This document shows positions 27,573 to 32,000 of a stretch of 32,000 nt of DNA, in pieces (position 1 is the first letter of the stretch; every line of letters begins with the position of its first letter). The DNA comes from Anaerolineae bacterium (GTDB lineage Bacteria > Chloroflexota > Anaerolineae > Anaerolineales > Anaerolineaceae), in NCBI GenBank assembly GCA_013178295.1, contig JABLWW010000006.1:58141-90140 (forward strand), written 5' to 3'. The notes under the pieces are model-generated. The model made no database searches and had not been told where the DNA came from. It saw only the letters and a list, made by a program, of their open reading frames with translations. The position numbers were made by a program, and so were the translations under genes.

Positions 27573-28466
27573 ATGGAGATATGCGTGGCACAAAGCAAAA
27601 GATTTTGGCGTATTGTTTTTCTTTCCCTACCACTGTTGTTTTACGCAGTTATTGTAATCATTCCACTTACCTCCTCGTTTTATTACAGCCTGACAAATTG
27701 GAATGGGTTTAGCAAAACTAGCGATTTCGTAGGTCTGGCAAATTTCGCTAAAGTTTCGCGAGACCCACTGTTCCTAAATGCCATCCGTAATACGGTTATC
27801 TGGATGGTGGCAGCCATTGTAGTGCCCTCTGGTTTTGGATTGGCAATTGCTTTGGTTCTGCACCAGGGGGTGCGCGGGGCAAATTTTTTTAAGTCCCTTT
27901 TCTATTTACCCATTTGTCTTTCGCTAGCCGTCATTGGTCAGGTATGGATATGGGTCTATCACCCTGATTGGGGTCTATTGAATGAGATTTTGCGTCTGAT
28001 AGGATTACAAGAAGCAACCAAAGCATGGCTGGCAAACCCCGGCACAGCTTTGCCAGCAGTGATCACTGCCTGGTCATGGCAACAAGTAGGGCTGGCTATG
28101 GTAATTTATCTGGCAGGGCTAACCTCAATTCCTGCCGAGTTGACTGAGGCAGCCGAAATTGATGGCGCAAACTATAGAAACCTGTTGCGTTATGTTATCA
28201 TTCCATTACTCAGCCCCGCCACAGTTGTGGTAATCGCCCTCTCTATTATCAACTCGCTCAAGAGTTTTGACATCGTGTACATCATGACCCAGGGTGGGCC
28301 ATTTCACAAATCGGATACGCTGGCGATGTTTATGTACGTTGAATCGTTCAAAAAATACTATATGGGATATGGCAGCGCTATCTCGGTTGTGTTGTTTCTC
28401 ATCGCGCTGGTGGTGATCATTTTTTACTTCCGACAGGTTCAAGCATTGGAGCATTTATATGACTAG
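27573..28466 (+). CDS. CUT1-family sugar ABC transporter permease (MalF/UgpA-like)
   Basis: TSFYYSLTNWNG, EAAEIDGANYRNLLRYVIIPLLSPATVVVIALSIINSLKSFDIVYIMTQGGP (EAA motif). Confidence 0.95.
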   Translation: MEICVAQSKRFWRIVFLSLPLLFYAVIVIIPLTSSFYYSLTNWNGFSKTSDFVGLANFAKVSRDPLFLNAIRNTVIWMVAAIVVPSGFGLAIALVLHQGVRGANFFKSLFYLPICLSLAVIGQVWIWVYHPDWGLLNEILRLIGLQEATKAWLANPGTALPAVITAWSWQQVGLAMVIYLAGLTSIPAELTEAAEIDGANYRNLLRYVIIPLLSPATVVVIALSIINSLKSFDIVYIMTQGGPFHKSDTLAMFMYVESFKKYYMGYGSAISVVLFLIALVVIIFYFRQVQALEHLYD

Positions 28467-29313
28467 CCGTTCTCGACCAATGTCCAGGTCTCGAATCAGC
28501 CGTGTAGTTGTATTGTATGTTCTATTGAGCCTAGTTGTCCTTATCTATTCTTTGCCCCTGATAGGAGTTCTGCTGACTTCTTTTAAAACCACTGAAGAGA
28601 TTGCGCGCGAAGGCCTGTGGCGGCTTCCTCATGCCCTGCGTTTGACCAACTTTTCTCATGCCTGGATGGAGGGTAACGGAAAGCGCTATATTGTTAATTC
28701 CTTTCTGGTAACGATCCCGGCAACATTTATTTCTATTGCCTTTGGTGTGCTGACCGGTTATGTTTTCAACAAGCTTCCGTTCAAAGGCAGTAACCTGCTT
28801 TTCATCCTGATCATTGCAGGGATGTTTTTTCCACCGCAGATCGTTCTTATTCCCCTGTTCCGTTTCTTCAATGCTGTCAGATTATATGATACGCTCTGGC
28901 CAATGATTATTGTGCACATTGCTTTTGGGATACCAATCTGTACATTGATCATGCGCAATTTTTTTGCCACTATCCCGACAGCCATTCGCGAAGCAGCAAT
29001 TGTGGATGGTGCCAGCGAGCTTCAAATCCTGCTAAAAATTATGTTGCCACTTAGCCTGCCCGCATTAGCTGTTTTGGCTACTTTGCAGTTCACCTGGATC
29101 TGGAATGATTTCCTCTGGCCTATTATCTTCACGCAGTCGGACAAATGGAAAACCATCATGGTAGGGTTGATCGCTCTTAAAGGGCAGTACAGTGTTGCCT
29201 ATGGCGTTCAGGGCGCTATGGCAATTATTGCCAGCGTCCCCACCCTGATCATATTTGTTTTCTTTCAGAGATATTTTATCCGCGGACTAACTCTGGGCGC
29301 GGTGAAAGGTTGA
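28459..29313 (+). CDS. CUT1-family sugar ABC transporter permease (MalG/UgpE-like)
   Basis: TSFKTTEEIAREGLWRLP, FFATIPTAIREAAIVDGASELQILLKIMLPLSLPALAVLATLQFTWIWNDFLWP. Confidence 0.95.
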   Translation: MTSRSRPMSRSRISRVVVLYVLLSLVVLIYSLPLIGVLLTSFKTTEEIAREGLWRLPHALRLTNFSHAWMEGNGKRYIVNSFLVTIPATFISIAFGVLTGYVFNKLPFKGSNLLFILIIAGMFFPPQIVLIPLFRFFNAVRLYDTLWPMIIVHIAFGIPICTLIMRNFFATIPTAIREAAIVDGASELQILLKIMLPLSLPALAVLATLQFTWIWNDFLWPIIFTQSDKWKTIMVGLIALKGQYSVAYGVQGAMAIIASVPTLIIFVFFQRYFIRGLTLGAVKG

Positions 29314-30065
29314 CCACCATGGGCGAAATACAATCATTGGCACGCGGTTTACAGATTCTCGAAAGAATCGCTGAGTCACCACAAGGGGTAAGTATCACAG
29401 AACTGGCAGAGGTTTTTGGTATTGATAAAGGGAGTGTTTCGCGGCTGCTACAAACACTGGCAAAGTATGGGTTTGCCGAAAAGGTTGCCAGCACGCGCCG
29501 CTATGTGCTTGGGGCACAGGTGGTGCGTTTAAGTCGTGTCATGCTAGCGCGCATGCCGTTGCGCGAAACCGCCAGACCTTTTTTAACCCGACTTGTTGAA
29601 CAAACCGGGGAATGCGCCCATCTAGCAATCCTGGCACAGGGGCAAGCGCTGTACATTGACCAACAGGAATCGCCTTTTTCGCTGCGCGTGACGACTGGAG
29701 TGGGTACAATGGCACCGTTGTTTTGTACCGCGCTGGGCAAAGTGTTGCTGGCATTTTGCTACTTGCCGTTACCCGAGTTAAAACCCTACACTGCCCGCAC
29801 TATCACCGACCCACTAATGCTGGAACGACATCTGGAGATCGTGCGTGCCCAGGGATATGCCATAGACGACGAAGAATACAATGTCGGGGTGCGTTGCATC
29901 GCTGTGCCAGTTTATGATGATCGTGCCAGTTGCGTGGCAGCAATAGGCATATCGGGACCCACCAGCCGCCTGACGCTTGAAAAGATCCCCGAAACGGCGC
30001 AAGCGGTGGTGGCAACAGGTAAAGAGCTTTCCGCGCTCTTGGGTTTTTCCGAACACGCATCCTGA
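29310..30065 (+). CDS. IclR family transcriptional regulator
   Basis: SLARGLQILERIAESPQGVSITELAEVFGIDKGSVSRLLQTLAKYGFAEK and effector-domain GVGTMAPLFCTALGKVLLA, RGYAIDDEEYNVGVRCIAVPVYD. ATG at 29319 is the more likely start than TTG at 29310. Confidence 0.94.
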   Translation: MTTMGEIQSLARGLQILERIAESPQGVSITELAEVFGIDKGSVSRLLQTLAKYGFAEKVASTRRYVLGAQVVRLSRVMLARMPLRETARPFLTRLVEQTGECAHLAILAQGQALYIDQQESPFSLRVTTGVGTMAPLFCTALGKVLLAFCYLPLPELKPYTARTITDPLMLERHLEIVRAQGYAIDDEEYNVGVRCIAVPVYDDRASCVAAIGISGPTSRLTLEKIPETAQAVVATGKELSALLGFSEHAS

Positions 30066-30289
30066 ATTTGTGCTCATAGTGGTGAAATAGAGCTTTCGTC
30101 CTGACAACAGAAAAAAAGCCTCCCTTCCTCATCACTTTACTTTGGGTATTTGATAGACCATGTTTCTTGTAGTTGTTGTGGGCATTGACGTTGCCTAGCT
30201 CCTGAAGATCATTTTGAGGCAAACCGTTTTCACAATATTTTCCCAATTTCGCCAACCATTTTTTTGGCAGACACATTGATGGGGGGTTC

Positions 30290-30318
30290 TTGCCATGAAT
30301 ATGTATTGTGGCTAAAAT
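30290..30318 (+). promoter_or_regulatory. Candidate promoter for the response regulator gene
   Basis: TTGCCA, 17-bp spacer, TAAAAT (30313-30318). Confidence 0.45.
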
Positions 30319-30324
30319 AAGAGT

Positions 30325-30939
30325 ATGAATACTTTGCCAGGACCTCTATTGGTAGTGGAGGATATCCCTAATGTCCGCGATCTGATCGAGATCGCGCTGC
30401 GCTTTAAGGGATATCCGGTCATTACTGCGAGCAATGGACAGGAAGCGTTTGAAAAGATAACTTCAGGGCAACTGCCAGTACTGGTCATTACCGATATTCT
30501 GATGCCAAAGATGGATGGATACAGACTGGCATATAAACTGCGCTCTGATCCATTGACCAGCAGCATCCCAATTATTTTTGTATCAGCCACATATATCACC
30601 CCTGAAGACCGCGAGTTTGCATTTCGATTGGGTGTGGCACGCTTCATTGAGAAGCCCATTGATCTTGAAGATTTCCTCCTAACGGTAGGTGAAATCCTGG
30701 CTGAGACGCCCCCTCCTGTAAAACTGATTTCTGAAGGTGACTTTTACCGGGGATATCGGGATCGTCTAGAGAGCAAGTTGCGACATAAAGTGTCTCAGAT
30801 CATCCGCACCGAACGGCTAATCCAGATTTTGCCGGAGGATCAGAAAAGCGCTTTTGAATCGCTGCTCGAGCAGACAAAACAGGACCGGGATCAAATCCAG
30901 GCAGAACTGGATGGACTTCAGCAGATGCTGAAGTCTTGA
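30325..30939 (+). CDS. Response regulator receiver domain protein with a coiled-coil-like C-terminal extension
   Basis: LLVVEDIPNVRDLIEIALRFKGYPVITASNGQEAFE, phosphoacceptor VITDILMPKMDG, IIFVSAT, FIEKPID; no DNA-binding or enzymatic output domain obvious. Confidence 0.9.
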   Translation: MNTLPGPLLVVEDIPNVRDLIEIALRFKGYPVITASNGQEAFEKITSGQLPVLVITDILMPKMDGYRLAYKLRSDPLTSSIPIIFVSATYITPEDREFAFRLGVARFIEKPIDLEDFLLTVGEILAETPPPVKLISEGDFYRGYRDRLESKLRHKVSQIIRTERLIQILPEDQKSAFESLLEQTKQDRDQIQAELDGLQQMLKS

Positions 30940-30976
30940 AAATAGCCCGCCGTATTCTTTAGATAAGGACAAGCCA

Positions 30977-32000
30977 GTGATATCGCAGAGTTTTAGAGAC
31001 ATTCAAAGTTCCTGGAGGCTGGTGATCATTTGTGCGCTGATTGCATGGGTTATCTCGCTGTCCATTTCCTATGGCACCGTGCCCGAGTACCGCGCCACGG
31101 CTACTTTTTTGATATTTCCCAATGCCAGTTTGACCAGCAGCCGGGACGTGGTCACTAGCCTGGACACCCTGGACAAGCAGACGGTTACCTTTACATACGC
31201 AGATATTATGGGGAGCAATCGTGTTTTTGCTGAGGCGGTCAAATTGCTCAAACTCGATCCCATGCAGGCGGGCAAATATAATTTTAGGGCTGAAGTGCAA
31301 CCCAACACGAATATCCTGGCGCTCATTGTGGAGGGACCTGATCCTGATATGGCGGTAACCCTTGCCAATAATATGGGGCAGGCAGGGATTAATTACATAA
31401 AGGGAATCTATCAGGTCTTCGATATCACCTTTTTGGATAAAGCAGTCAGACCCGAGCTTCCTTTCCGCCCTACGCCGCTCAGGACCGGTGCGATTTGGGC
31501 AGGTGGCGGATTGCTGGTGGGGATTGCATTGGCGTTACTCAAAGAGTCAATACGCGTGCCACTCGAGACGTTGCGCGAGCGCGCCATTACGGATAGAGAA
31601 TCCGGCGCTTTCAACACACGCTACTTTAAACGCGCTGTTGAGCGTGAGCTAGCGCGCAGTGGAGATACCCCGCTTTCGATAGCGCTTCTGGAATTGGAGG
31701 GTCTGCAGGATGTCGTTGACGCCCTGCCTGCTGCTGTTTTGTCAGATTTGATGCATAAAATCACGGTAGTATTGCGCAATCAATTGCGCGGCAATGATAT
31801 TGTGGCGCGATGGAGCAAGGTGAGTTTTGCCATCTTGTTGCCCGCAACACCCGGTCTGGCAGCCACGCGCACGTTGGAGCGTTTACAACAGGTGCTGACA
31901 GCGCCGGTGGAGATTGGCGTTTCTGGCGATAAGCTGAACCTGTCCCCTTATGTCGGCCTTTCATCACGTTTGCAGGGAGAGGTGGACGAAGAAGCGTTCT
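30977..32000 (+). CDS. Wzz/chain-length-determinant-like membrane protein fused to a degenerate GGDEF domain (truncated by window end)
   Basis: GTG start; VISQSFRDIQSSWRLVIICALIAWVISLSISYGTVPEYRATATFLIFPNASLTSSRDVVTSL..., second TM AIWAGGGLLVGIALALLKES, then DRESGAFNTRYFKRAVERELARSGDTPLSIALLELEGL...LRGNDIVARWSKVSFAILLPAT. Absent from the supplied ORF track; open to the window end. Confidence 0.7.
   Translation, partial: MISQSFRDIQSSWRLVIICALIAWVISLSISYGTVPEYRATATFLIFPNASLTSSRDVVTSLDTLDKQTVTFTYADIMGSNRVFAEAVKLLKLDPMQAGKYNFRAEVQPNTNILALIVEGPDPDMAVTLANNMGQAGINYIKGIYQVFDITFLDKAVRPELPFRPTPLRTGAIWAGGGLLVGIALALLKESIRVPLETLRERAITDRESGAFNTRYFKRAVERELARSGDTPLSIALLELEGLQDVVDALPAAVLSDLMHKITVVLRNQLRGNDIVARWSKVSFAILLPATPGLAATRTLERLQQVLTAPVEIGVSGDKLNLSPYVGLSSRLQGEVDEEAF

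Noticed and set aside
1-32000. CRISPR arrays, phage/IS elements, toxin-antitoxin or defence systems, tRNA/rRNA
   Set aside because: No regularly spaced repeats, transposase/integrase motifs, defence-type domains or recognisable structural RNA genes were seen; the interest of this locus is metabolic and regulatory.

Overview
The window looks chromosomal and dominated by carbohydrate transport and catabolism; codon style and gene content suggest a Chloroflexota/Anaerolineae-like bacterium, but this is inference. Left end: an acyltransferase tail, an MBOAT/AlgI-like gene, two tandem MFS transporters and an inositol-monophosphatase-family gene. Operon A (+, about 5.1-18.5 kb): a complete CUT2/RbsABC-type sugar ABC transporter, a cyclase-family hydrolase, two SDRs, an FGGY kinase, a YhfZ-like GntR regulator, a DSD1/D-threonine-aldolase-like PLP enzyme, a YjbQ-family protein, a HAD-like protein lacking its catalytic residues, a TIM-barrel sugar isomerase and an M24-fold protein lacking the metal ligands. 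Operon B (-, about 25.7-18.8 kb): an IolD-like ThDP enzyme, a GPH-type symporter, a Gfo/Idh/MocA oxidoreductase, a split transketolase and an RpiB/LacA-family isomerase. Operon C (+, 26.1-30.1 kb): a CUT1 binding protein, two permeases without an ATPase, and an IclR regulator. Operons B and C diverge from two back-to-back perfect-consensus sigma70 promoters. Right end: a response regulator and a truncated Wzz-like/degenerate-GGDEF fusion absent from the ORF track. The most interesting signals are the unassigned catabolic locus combining split transketolase, RpiB-like and IolD-like enzymes, the pseudoenzymes inside operon A, the degenerate GGDEF protein, the 53-bp symmetric operator-like dyad ahead of operon A, and the strong hairpins after both binding-protein genes. 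No CRISPR, rRNA, tRNA or mobile element was recognised.
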